The notes beneath the pieces were generated by a model. The model was not told the DNA's origin. It worked only from the letters and a program-made list of their open reading frames with translations, and did no database searches. The position numbers and the translations under genes are program-made. From the NCBI RefSeq assembly GCF_964355755.1, contig NC_092678.1, positions 24,073,365 to 24,137,364 on the forward strand: DNA of 64,000 nucleotides. Direction: 5' to 3'. Of this stretch, positions 27,401 to 38,975 are shown piece after piece. The stretch comes from Antedon mediterranea (taxonomy: Eukaryota > Animalia > Echinodermata). How positions within the stretch are numbered: the stretch's first letter is position 1; each line of letters starts with the position of its first letter.

Positions 27401-30400
27401 AAATCATCTTAAACAAATTTAAAAATGCAGTTTTTCCAAATGTCCACTTCGATTAAATCTATATTTATACATCTAACTGTAATGGGCCTTTTTTATTTTT
27501 ATTATTATTATTTTACTTCCTATGAACATTTATTCATTTTTTCCAATCGGATAATATATTTTGGGTCCTGGAGTAATTGATAGAACATTTGACTGATCGT
27601 CTGTTCCTGATACTAATGACATAAAATTAACCGCTTCCAAGATTTGTATAAATATTAACGACAGGTTGGCATGTCACTACTGGTGGTGTTGTATCTTGAA
27701 TAGGAATTAATAAACACTCAGTTATTTTTAAATAAATTGTAAATGACTAGAATTCAATAAAATGAGCTGTTTTAACTTTATGGGATATATGGGAAATAAA
27801 TATGAGTTTTTAAACACACAAATAAAAAGAATACTTGCCCGCCGCACTGTATGGTAAATTTAGAACGTAAAATAAAACAAAATATTCAAGATTCAAGATT
27901 CAAGATTCAAGAAATGTTATTTGTCCATAAAAATGGAAATTCACTTTGCTTGGTAGATTAAAACAACAGTATTGCAACAATTTAAAAACGTGCAGAATTA
28001 TAACAGATTAAAAATACAAGATAAAAAGTAAAAAATACTGTTAAAAATGTAAAACTATTAAAAATTGCATTAACGTCTTACATTAGAATTAAAAATATGA
28101 ATGCTATTTACAATGAAGGAGTTTCTAGTTCTACAAAGATTTGCTCTTGGAGGTCGTAGCCTAATGCCTGATCTATTTAAGTTATAACAGTAATGTAACG
28201 GATGAGTGGGGTCTTTCATAATATTGTTTACTTTTTTTTAGAATACTCTTTTCATAGATAAATGAACAAGGCGTTAGATCAGCTTTAATAATACGTTGTG
28301 CAATTTTACGTGGTCTCTCAATATTTTTCTTATCAAATATAATAAAGTGATTGATTGCATCATGTATAGAAGCACATACAGAATGTATACGTTATGCTTG
28401 AGTCGTCGAAGATCATAAACTGTTCAAAAGTGTTTCTTGTCAAATTAGTTGAGAGATAATAACCACACATCTTTCAGGTGACTTAAAAGGGAAGATATTT
28501 TATGTAATGTAATTTATTGTTGTTTGCTATTTGTTTTTTAAATATTTTTATATAGTTTATTTTATATCATTGTTGTTACTTTGGGAGTACGGAACCTGAA
28601 CTCTTGTTATAGTGATTAGGTTCACTTTTAGGTTCCTGCCTACTCCCTTAGTTTCTGTGTTTTGTTTTTTGTAACTGGTTTTTGGCAATAAATAATAATA
28701 ATAATAATAATAATTAAACAAAAGGCAGTTGACGACCATTATCATACAACTCTTATTTCTTTAATCAACTGATACATTTGAATTAAATAATTCGACTAAG
28801 CTAACAACCAATCGTGTATTGATCGTTACGACTATTCTTATTATCTTTATGCACTACAAAAAAAAATGCACAAAATCTAATTTGGAAGTAATCAATTGAT
28901 GTTTTTTTTCTCAAACTAAAACCATCAAATTACATCAAGTTTTTTTCGAATTTCTTGGGGGTTTTTTTCCGTGTAAATACGTTTTTAAAAAATTGATAAA
29001 GATGCGTTATATAATAGTGATGAGCTTGATTGCATATTTTGTTTACATTTCTTGGGCGGAGTAAATATTATTCATTATATTGTATTTTCTGACAACAAGT
29101 TTCGTCCATATTTCTTCGAACTAAATTTAAATGAGATTCCTCTCAATTGTCTGATACTCTACTCTCTCGTCATAATATTTTGATGGTCAAGTTTATCTTT
29201 TAATCTTTTAATTGTTCTATTAAAATACCCGTATGATTGTCGTCCTATAAGTCTTGACCATCCAGTAAGTCTTGACCGTTCAGCTTTTGAGTTTGTACAT
29301 AACCAGGTGTGCATTACATGTGCCACAATGGACACCTCCTGTAGTGGTACATTACTAATGGTAACAGTTTGTTTAGTGAAGTCTGTGGAGTTCCTGAGTT
29401 TGATCTTTCGTAACTTTCGACGTTAAAACAATATTTACCTAGAATTTCCATTGTAAATGTACAGTTATCGGTATTTCCTGCTGTGTCCGTTGCTGTAAAA
29501 ACAACAGTATGGACGCCAACTCCGAGATCAACATTGGGATCAGGAGAGATGGTTACAACCTCCCGTGAGTTGTCAACTGCAGTTACATTGTCACTAAGAT
29601 CAAAGTGTCGTGTGGGCTCATCTTGTAAAAACACCTGGATGTCACCGGGGCAATTCAATACAGGAGCCTCATTATCTATTAATGTAAAATTTAATTAATA
29701 AAAATAACGTTAGGAATTTTATAGCACCTTTCCAAAAATAAAAGAGCTGTAATATCAGAATGTTAAACTCATGTTTATACTATGAATCATTGCTGCTTCG
29801 GTATAGATATCAATCAATCAATCTCACTACGTTGGTCGGTCGGACGGTTGGTCGGTAAACACTAACTTGAGCACGCGACCATGTATATGGCCCTGTTTTT
29901 ATTGAAATTTGTATACAAATTGAACATTTTATTATAGTGTACATTTCAAGGAAAAGGAATGGAATCCGATAAAAGTTTACAGAAAATGACAAAAAGGTAC
30001 TACGAGTAAAGAAAATACACGAAAGAAAAAGAAATAACATTCATTATCCACAATTGTACATTACTAACCTTCCACGTTTATTTCAATTATACATGAGCCG
30101 CTGTTTAGAGACGGGCCAATTACTATGAACATTTCTTCGCTTCGACCAATCGGATAATCTATTATGTGTCCTGGAATGATTGTTATTATATTATTTGCTT
30201 GTATAAATGACCGAATATCAACCGTTCCCTCATCGCTTCCAGGATTTGTATAAACATAAACGACAGGATCACAAACAAGAACTGGCGGTGTTGTATCCAA
30301 GGAGTGTGTTAGCATCACCATGCAAATTTTAAAGAACAAGAAGATTAATGGTTGCAAAAACGCACACATAAATAAAACATTGAGTAAGTTCTAAATACTG

Positions 30401-30865
30401 AAATACTAGATATACTGCACGAAGCGCAGTGGCGGATCTAGGATTTTGAAATTTAAAAAATGGTGAAATGAAGGGCTCATCTTAATCTTATTTTTTGCAT
30501 TAAAATTTGCGACAATTAATAATGGGGGGCGTTAAATATTAAGTAAAAGTAGTATAAAACACTATGGTTATATTACAAAGTTCTCAATTCATCTTCAAAA
30601 CCATGAAAATGTAGAAGCGTAGAGCTTAAAAGAAATCTGAAGTAGTTTAATGCGCAGAATTTAAGACAATTAAAAAACAAAATTGTAAACCAGCTGGATG
30701 AACAATATCATTGTCACGTACTTTTTGTTTTAGAATGGCAGTTATTTACCATCTATACCTAGACCCGAATAAAACAAACAAAAAATAATACTTACCCCAA
30801 CTGTAAGCTAAATAATAAGTAAAAAGGTAAAATAAAACACTGTGTAATAAAGTCCTCGATTTCAT
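18414..30865 (-). CDS. Adhesion GPCR paralogue B: signal peptide, 8-9 HYR domains, short GAIN/GPS, 7TM (multi-exon)
   Basis: Signal exon 30865-30796 (MKSRTLLHSVLFYLFTYYLAYSW). HYR exons at ~30296-30069, 29675-29439, 26090-25843, 25675-25427, 25225-24989, 24769-24523, 24202-23966, 23458-23219, 22892-22641. GPS exon ~21358-21238 (CNHLTSFVILM). TM exons ~20890-19216. Last exon 18500-18414. Colinear with paralogue A from the C-terminal HYRs through the 7TM. Confidence 0.88.
18537..18727. repeat. 14 bp tandem repeat (aaatttgttttcta) x ~13 in the last intron of GPCR B
   Basis: Directly visible. Confidence 0.95.
26738..27123. repeat. ~37-38 bp minisatellite (gaatagggttggctaaagagtacacaatgaaccaaat) x ~10
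   Basis: Directly visible; intronic. Confidence 0.95.
27516..27695 (-). pseudogene. Frameshifted, truncated HYR exon (DTTPPVVTCQPVVNIYTNLGSG*)
   Basis: Paralogous to the exon at 30296-30069; an internal deletion gives an early TAA and the 3' part is lost. Confidence 0.7.
27839..28363 (-). pseudogene. Third signal-peptide exon (MMQSITLLYFVLFYVLNLPYSAA) split by a LINE insertion
   Basis: Removing 27886-28334 plus one copy of the ATATTT duplication restores a 70 nt phase-1 exon, the same length as the first exons of A and B; the donor is GC (gcaagt). Confidence 0.75.
27886..28334 (-). mobile_element. 5'-truncated non-LTR retrotransposon (Rex1/Babar-like or CR1-group 3' end)
   Basis: Minus strand encodes DKKNIERPRKIAQRIIKADL...KVNNIMKDPTHPLHYCYNLNRSGIRLRPPRANLCRTRNSFI, then a 3' UTR and a (TCTTGAA)n tail; ~6 bp TSD aaatat at 27880-27885 and 28335-28340. 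Confidence 0.75.
28430..29410 (-). repeat. Diverged duplicate of ~31030-31860 (GPCR upstream region plus part of the REDIC1 last exon)
   Basis: Shared blocks gtcaaattagtt.agagataata..cacacatctttcag, ttgtattttctgaca...cgtccatatt, tacatgtgccacaatggacacct, tctgtggagttcctga. Confidence 0.8.
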
Positions 30866-31442
30866 AACTTAGAGAAGAAGAGTTTAAAGATACTGCACAC
30901 AACACGTAATGCACACACTAATCATATATACACTGGACCCTCTGCGAGAACAGTCTTACACTGAAGAGGCTATCCAGTAAAGATAAATAAAAAAATGCTT
31001 GATCCGAGGATTATCAACTGACCAAACAGGTTTTTTGTCAAATTAGTTAAGAGATAATAATCACACATCTTTCAGATAAATTTAAAAGGGAAGACATTGA
31101 ATGTAATTAATTTAAAGAAGTAAAGTGACGTTGTCATACAATTTTTATTTCTTATTATAATCAACTAAGTAGATTACTTGAATTATACAATATGTTCAAT
31201 CTAAATAATTCGACTAAACTAACAACAACTAATTATGTTATTAAACTCAATAGAGAATATCTCCATCCACTTGGAATTAAATTCAAACCAATTTTAAGTA
31301 AAGTAATCAATTTTTTTCTCAAATTAAACCACCAAATTAAGTTGTTACAAATTTCTGTTTTCGCTGTAAATAGGTTAAAAGTATAAAGTTTGCTAAAGAT
31401 ACATTATAGTGATCAGTTTTATAGTGTGTTATTTACCATATT

Positions 31443-34400
31443 TTATTTGTTTAAATTTCTTGGACGAAGAGAATATCTTATTCTTTCATTACATTGTATT
31501 TTCTGACAAATGTTGTCGTCCATATTGCTACCAACTAAAACTAAATTAGATTCTTTTAGATTTTCTAACACTTCACTCTCATTAGTCATAATATTTTGGT
31601 GGTCACGTTTATTGACATCTTTTAATTGACTTAATTTTTCTATCGAAATGTCCGTATGATTGTCATCTTGATTTTCTTGACCGTCAAGTGTTTGCAGCTT
31701 TTGAGTGTGTTCTAAACCAGGTGTACATAGGCATTTACATGTGCCACAATGGACACCTGTAGTCTGAGTGGTACAATCACGTGACGTTCTACTAACTTTA
31801 ACAGTTTGTTTAGTAAAGTCATTTAATGCATTCTGTGGAGTTCCTGATGATTTCAAGATTTTGTTTGTTTCTTGCAAATGTGTAGTCTGAATAAGATTAG
31901 ATTTAACCTGAATAAGGTTAGATTTAACCTGAATAAGATTAGATTTAGTCTGATTAACAATAGGTGTAGTCTGAATAAGATTAGGTGTAGTCTGTGTAAC
32001 ATTAGGTGTAGTCTGTGTAACATTAGGTGTAGTCTGTGTAACATTAGGTGTAGTCTGTGTAACATTAGGTGTAGTCTGAATAAGATTAGGTGTAGTCTGT
32101 GTAACATTAGGTGTAGTCTGTGTAACATTAGGTGTAGTCTGTGTAACATTAGGTGTAGTCTGTGTAACATTAGGTGTAGTCTGTGTAACATTAGGTGTAG
32201 TCTGTGTAACATTAGGTGTAGTCTGAATAAGATTAGGTGTAGTCTGTGTAACATTAGGTGTAGTCTGTGTAACATTAGGTGTAGTCTGTGTAACATTAAG
32301 TGTAGTCTGAATAAGATGAGTTTCGCTAAGCTGAGGTCCTGTATCTTCAGTAGAATTGTGACCCTTAACAATCTTAGGTTCTGCTGTGATCCTGCTGCTG
32401 CTGACGTCAGTTTCATCTTTAGCTAGTTTATTATTTACATATTGTTCCTAAAATATAAACAAATATTAGAAAAAAGTTTTAAGAATTCCAAAGAAATGTT
32501 TTTATTTCAAATCTGCCCCAAAATTATTCCTAAGATTTCCTAATACAAGGGCTGATTGAGTGTTCTTACCGGTGATGGACTGTTGTTGACTGAAAAACAT
32601 TCATGGTAATAACCATGTGATGATTGAGTGTTGGATAGATTTGAGAAAACTTGATCTATTTGATAAAATAAAACAATAATAAGGAACATACCTATAATTA
32701 GATAATATGAGACAATTAATTGGAAAGGAGAAAGTTTAGTAAATTTAAAAGTGTTGACATTATTCATCAGTCATAGTGGGCAATAGATACGCTTTAATGT
32801 TAACTTATCCATAAACAAATCCCAGAATGCATTTAGTACTAACATTTCATGCTAATCATGTGATCTGAACTTCTAGTTACAATTGGGTGATATAATCATG
32901 TGATTTGAGCTTCTAGTTACAATTGGGTGATATAATCATGTGATCTGAACCTATAGTCACAATTGGGTGGTAGAAGTGGTGATCACTGCTGCAGAATCTA
33001 AACCATGGACCTATACAAATTATCTAATGTATAGGTCCATCCTAAACCATGCCATAAACAATCTTCCCAATTCTATTTGAGATTCACCTTTAATCAGTGT
33101 TTTTTAAAACACGCCTTTTTAATTCAATCTAATATATAATACAATCTCCTTTTTTTTTATTTATTAGCGCTTTGGGTTTTAGCGTTTAAAAAGATTTTTA
33201 TAATTATGACAAGCTCTAACATTAACAATTTTGGTATACTGAAAGTTTCATACCTAATGCTGTATCATCTATCTGTTGTGTTGCAATTGTACTCATTATT
33301 TCTTCATCTAGCGATAAAACCTGAAATTAGATAACCATTAGGTATTTTGCATTTGTCATTTAAAAAATAGAGTTAATTAAGCATTACATAAGACTAATCT
33401 GTGTGCAGCATTTTATTATAATTGGTGACTTGTTGTGACTAAATTAGACAAAAAAAAAAGAAACTAATAAGGCATAAAGCAGAGAAGAGTAAAAGTAATT
33501 GTAATTTCATTTTTCCTCGGTATAAGCTATAATTAACTGTCAATCATCTTCCTATTATGCTAGTTGCAAATAAAGCATATGACAAGTAAGTTACCCTGAC
33601 TCAGATAAGCATAATGAACTGCGTTAGTCTGACCCAGATATTCTTATGTCATCTTAACATTTTAATAACAATTGTACCTGCTGCATTAATTCCTCAGACA
33701 TACTGTTCATTTTCAACTTGTTTGTATCCAACTCAACGTCACATATCTGATGCCTGTAGAAAGTAAACAAAATTCATATTTATTATGTGTGCATATTCAG
33801 CAGGTACCTTAGGATTACTTCCATCCTAAAAAAAAACATATTTAACATTGCAAACACCACCTGTGATGTCATCAAGTCTTGGTTATGACTTGATCATCGT
33901 CACAAAATAAAAATTCTCACTTTATATCAAGCTTTCTATATCTTTTTTACATTACTTACCTTTCACAGAATGTATTGTCCTGAGAAGAATCAAATATAAA
34001 ATTTCTCCAATCAGAACTTCTACCAGAAGTTTGGCATTTTGAAGATTCCACACAACTAGACTGCAATTGTACTCTGTGCTTCGGTGGTGATTTTAGTTGC
34101 TTACTTAACCGCATATCAGAGGGATAGAAGCTTTCTGTGTTGTAAGCATCTGTATACTGATTGGTCCGTTCTAAGTCTCCCATACCATATGGGTCTGGTG
34201 AGGTTGGTACATAATGTTGGTACCTACTAGGGTGAGGTGCTTGGCTATGATTCTCATAAATTGAACCAACTTGGTTCTTAGTTTGATTTAGTATCATACT
34301 TAAGTTTGATTCACACTTGTGGTTATGCTCATCATCTACAAAGGATTTTTGCTGTGATGTTAAAATGTTGTTGAATTTCTGTTTCTTCAAAAAGGAATCA

Positions 34401-36607
34401 TAACCTACTGAAGCATCAAACTTAACGTGTGGTGATGTCACATCAAACTTATCCCGCATTGGTGACGTCACATCAAACTTATCCTGCATTGGTGACAAGG
34501 TTGAATATGGTGTTGACGTACAATAGATATCATTTTTTGTAAATGGTTTCAAAACAGACGATTGTTTTTTTGCGCTGTTGGACATTATACTTTCAGAAAT
34601 ATATTGCTCCTGATCAAAGAAGAAGAAAATGATGTGAAAGCATTGCAGTGTGTAGAAGTAATGTACAGAATTGAGTTCTGATTCATTTTTATACCCGCTG
34701 CTATATATACAGTGGCTTAACGGCTATGAGCGCTCATTTGCTAAACCCAGGAGCCCAAGAGCTTACAGGGGTCCAGAGAAAAAAACCGCCATTGATATAC
34801 ACCCGCCTCTAGCGGTAGGGTTCCTAAACCAGGGGCCCTATGAATAATAGTGAAGTAACAGCTTAGATCAATTTTGTATACTGTCTATCATAATGTTTAC
34901 CATGGGTTTATGCATATTTTCCTTATTTCTACCATCTTCAAAAACTGGTTGAATTCTAGGTTTCTGGTCACAGGATTGTATTGAGTGTCTGTGGCCTGAA
35001 ATACTGGTAGCACATGCATGGTATGGATGAGAAAATCTAATGCAAAAGAATATATAGTTCACTATTGTATTACAGTAGGTATCAAACATTAGAAGTCCAA
35101 AATAGGCTGTGTCCAAACTTGAATTGATCACAATATTATACAGTAAATCAGATTTTTAGAAATACCATTTTATATATACTTATGTATATACTTAAGTATA
35201 TACTTATGCATATACTTATGTATATACTTATGTATATACTTATGTATATACTTATGTATATACTTATGTATATACTTATGTATATACTATGTATATACTA
35301 TGTATATACTTATGTATATACTACACTGTATTGTAAACATTATTATAGGCATTGTTACATTTTATTTACTATAACTTTGAGTATTCTAAATTCAAGAATA
35401 TAATGAGAAAAAAAAGAGAGTAGTATGTTAATATGTATTTGTAATAATTATGAAGAATGAGTAAATTATATAGTAAATCAGATTAATAGATACAAAAGAA
35501 AATAAAAACATTTCTTGCAAGCCTACCTTGAAACATCATGTTGGTCGTTGAGGTCTAGCTTAGAGGGCGTTTCAATAGGAGACATTGGTAGTTCCATGTT
35601 TCTTTTTCTTTTACGATAATTTTGAAAAGGATCAAATACTTTTTCTAAATCTACATGGTTAACCTTCTTGATTCCTTGCATTCGTTTTGCTGCAAAAAAA
35701 TAAAAAATTAATAATAAAAGTTATTGGGTGAGGTGGGGTGGGTTGTGATCCAGGGTTTTTTAAATGGGGAAGCAATACTATACAATTATTCTTCAAAGTA
35801 AGTAGTGCATGATTATATTTATCTATCAAAAGGGAGGAGATGCCCCCTGATAAGACACTTATGGTTTTCATTGAAATGTTGCTTTACAGTACATATAAAT
35901 GTAATATAGTATATTTATTTTCATCATTTTTTTAGCTGTAGTATGGTACCTTGTTTTGTCTTATGGATGTGGTTACAAGTATTGATAGACAGTAGATCCT
36001 GACTACCACCAGCTGAATGTGACGACTTGCTTGAGGAAGAAGCATCAAATACTCGGTTTAACTTGTTCATATATCGCTTCTTTTCAAAATATTCCTAAGA
36101 AAAAAAATGAATATGCTGTGAAAATAACAATACATTACAATAGGCCTAATGAGTAATAATAATAGTAATAATGCATAGGCCTAGGCCTAGCCTAGGCCTA
36201 AAAAAATAAAAAGCTGTTTTGTATGTAGAACAAGATTAAGAATGTATTGTATTTCTCCCTTATTTACCTGTTGTATTCTCTTTTCCTCTTTTGTACTTCT
36301 TACACGCTTCCTACAGTATAATAAAATACATTTATCATCAAATCATTAATCTTAGATTAAACATTAAGGCCTACAGGGGCCTAGGCAGGCCCCGGCCTAC
36401 ACTATCCTACTGCTCTACGCTACCGCGGGCCGGGATAGATAGCTAGGCCCTAGGCCTAGCCTATATGCCTAGATTTCCGCCCGGTAGTGTACATCATTAC
36501 ATTACTTTAGTAGGCCCTTTAGTCTAGTCCACCAATACATAGGCCTACATGAAATCACTAAGACGCATGTTATAGTCATCCTACCTTATTCCACCCACCC
36601 AATTCAT
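31443..36607 (-). CDS. REDIC1: REDIC1/C12orf40 homologue (regulator of DNA class I crossover intermediates 1), multi-exon
   Basis: Spliced exons 36607-36585, 36310-36268, 36094-35950 and 35689-35527 give MNWVGGIRKRVRSTKEEKRIQQEYFEKKR...SQDLLSINTCNHI...KKVNHVDL...MELPMSPIETPSKLDL, matching the C12orf40 N-terminus I recall (MNWVGG.R, QKEYFEK.R, S.D.L, EL.MSP..PSKL). Further exons at ~35035-34901, 34609-33960, ~33754-33679, ~33320-33254, ~32657-32570 and a last exon 32447-31443. Middle boundaries are approximate. Confidence 0.85.
31878..32318 (-). repeat. Coding 21 bp tandem repeat x ~21 in the REDIC1 last exon, read as NVTQTTP/NLIQTTP
   Basis: This frame is continuous from the acceptor at 32447 to the stop at 31443 (1005 nt). 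Confidence 0.85.
32853..32970. repeat. ~40 bp tandem repeat x3 (taatcatgtgatctgaacttctagttacaattgggtgata), intronic
   Basis: Directly visible. Confidence 0.85.
35171..35322. repeat. 12 bp tandem repeat (tatgtatatact)n, intronic
   Basis: Directly visible; source of the spurious MYIL ORF. Confidence 0.9.
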
Positions 36608-37810
36608 ATTCTACGGTGCAAAATTGTAATAATAAGCCTAAATTTGTAAATTAAAGAGAGAGACGCGTCGATAAAGGGTCGATCTATCGCAGATCGACTG
36701 CTGACACTACAAACTTTCCTCCAATCCGATACTAGCATCTTGGAAAAAAAGATTGCCAGAATTAGTGTTCGCCAGGAGAGAGCAAAAGTACACACATTAT
36801 TTGCTTAAAAATTAGCATTATCAAAATAAAATATAAATATATATTCATATATACACGAAATTATGTATTTCAGAATTACCTAAGCATTTTGTAGTGTTTT
36901 TATTTTGTGTTACTTTTATTGTCCATACCAAAATGTATTCAATATTTTGTTAGCTTAGGGACTCTGAACCGGACTAAAATATTTATTCTGGATTGTACCA
37001 TTAGAGAGGGCGCTATACCATTTAAAGGCTGCCTCAGCAGTATGATAGCGTACAGTTATTGTACGTACATGTCTACAGGGTTTGTTTTTTTTCACGGTAA
37101 AATTATTTAATGCATATAAATGGCAGTTACCATGATTTATTTGAACATTGTTAGCCTATAATATATAATGTAACTGTAAATAATAATAAAAACAAATCAA
37201 ATCGGTTATATAAGACTTATTATTCGTCCTAACCGATCTTCAAAATGGACTCGGATTCAATGTCTTTAATAAAAGTCGATATTCCTGTTTCTTAAAATTG
37301 AATACAGGTGTTGTACACAGGGATATTAAATTCTTTCTGCTGTAACGCCATTTTATTCTGTGGAATTCTATACCCGAATCAGTAGGTTCTGCAAAGTATA
37401 CAGTCCTAGGGTCAAACAAGAATTGTCAGATAACTATACGGATCACGTCACCCTATGCAAGTTTAATTTAATATGTTTGCCAGACACTGGTGGTAGGAGT
37501 ATAGAAGCGCAATAATTACTTATAAACGGTAGGTACATACCACATGATCATCTCGCACGTGACATCGGTTCAAGATTAGGGTTAAAAAAATGTGGGTTTA
37601 TGTATTATGTATTTCAAATGATATGTGTCAGTATAAATTGTCAATTAAAATAAATCATTATAAAGGCAGAAAGCGTTATAAACATCAATCTGTATCATTA
37701 AATATTTATTTTGTTACAAAAAATAATAACAAAAAATAACCAATAGTTAGAATAGATTATACACACTCTAAATTTAGTAAATAAATACAAAAATATCGTG
37801 AAATTAATTT

Positions 37811-37965
37811 TCTCTGTGTACACTATCCAATTTGACAAACAAGTGTTATGTGCCCAATTATGGCAGTGATATGCCTAAATATGGTAGTGATAGGATGTCA
37901 TCATGTCCATATATCGCCACATCACATTTTTTGTCACATAGGTTTGATAGTGTAGACAGAGAGCT
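37811..37965. mobile_element. Hairpin MITE, inverted copy of the 15091-15262 element
   Basis: ctctgtgtacactatc...gatagtgtagacagag termini and a shared interior. Confidence 0.75.
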
Positions 37966-38749
37966 TTATACATTGTGTGAATGTTTGTCATTTGGAATTG
38001 TGTCTCGTTAGATAGGGAAGGAAATTATGATAAAATGATTGCATTTATAGAATTCAAACGTAAAATTCTACCCTAACGGTCTAATCTCATATTCAAATAA
38101 TAACGTACCATATACAAATATGATCTAATTCAAATTAATTCTCAGAGAAATAGTTAATTCATAATATAATACAAGCATGCCTGTAATATTGTATATTTTA
38201 AAATTAAGAATTCTGTTTTTTGTTAAAATATAATATTCATACAATCTTGTTAGAGTAACCTATTAATGGTAGAAGGTTAATTCCAACCACACTGATAAAG
38301 TTGTGCTTAGTGTCCCATAATTATTATTAAAGCTTGGAGTGTGTTCCTGTTGCTTTGTATTTGTAAAAAGTAGGCCTATTTATTTTGGGCAGTGAAGGCC
38401 TAGTTTTGCAGTTTATCCATTCAGCAAATTAGTATATTAATAAGAATCTTCTTTAAATTTCAGTAAATTAATCTTATGAAATAAAAATTTACTATAAAAC
38501 AATAGGATTGATTACGAATTATTCGTCGGTCTTCTTATTAACTTGGGAATAATTTTACTCAAAATAATACCGCCACCTATCGTATTCAATAGTTTAGACA
38601 CCCTAAGCTAATAGAAGAAGTAATTTTGATAACTTGTTTGTCCAGGCGTTTTGAGGTCCTTACAAATAATAACAACATAATATTCTATTGCATGATCCTG
38701 GCAACCTTACTACATGTGTTGCGCCCTCTACAATATTACAAGTTCTTAA

Positions 38750-38975
38750 AAACTTCCGGGGCGGAGCTTAGTACCAGACACGTGTTTCTGAATTACCAAT
38801 CGTTGTTATGAAGAAGTTCAGAATGCGCGGGGGCAACAGTAATAATTGAGTAACCAATCAACGAGTCACAGCAACGAGGATGACGACGAATTAGCCAATC
38901 ACAGTTAGAATAAGTTCATCAACAAATTTGCATATTTAGTTTTCGTCCCGCCACCAACTTACGTTGCCATTTCGT
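38750..38975 (+). promoter_or_regulatory. Pol II promoter of the repeat-array transcription unit
   Basis: ETS/GC box acttccggggcggagc (~38752-38767), CCAAT boxes at ~38795, 38854 and 38895, octamer ATTTGCAT at 38926-38933, GCCATTT at ~38966, local CpG enrichment, followed by a GAA-rich exon ending in AG|GTAAGT at 39056/39057. Confidence 0.7.

Noticed and set aside
31853-32426. 187 aa LHRLHLM and 184 aa CSLCNIR ORFs (the latter looks like CxxC repeats)
   Set aside because: Off-frame and antisense readings of the 21 bp repeat; the frame continuous with the splice acceptor and stop is NVTQTTP.
35182-35403. MYIL-repeat ORF
   Set aside because: 12 bp microsatellite in a REDIC1 intron, on the opposite strand.
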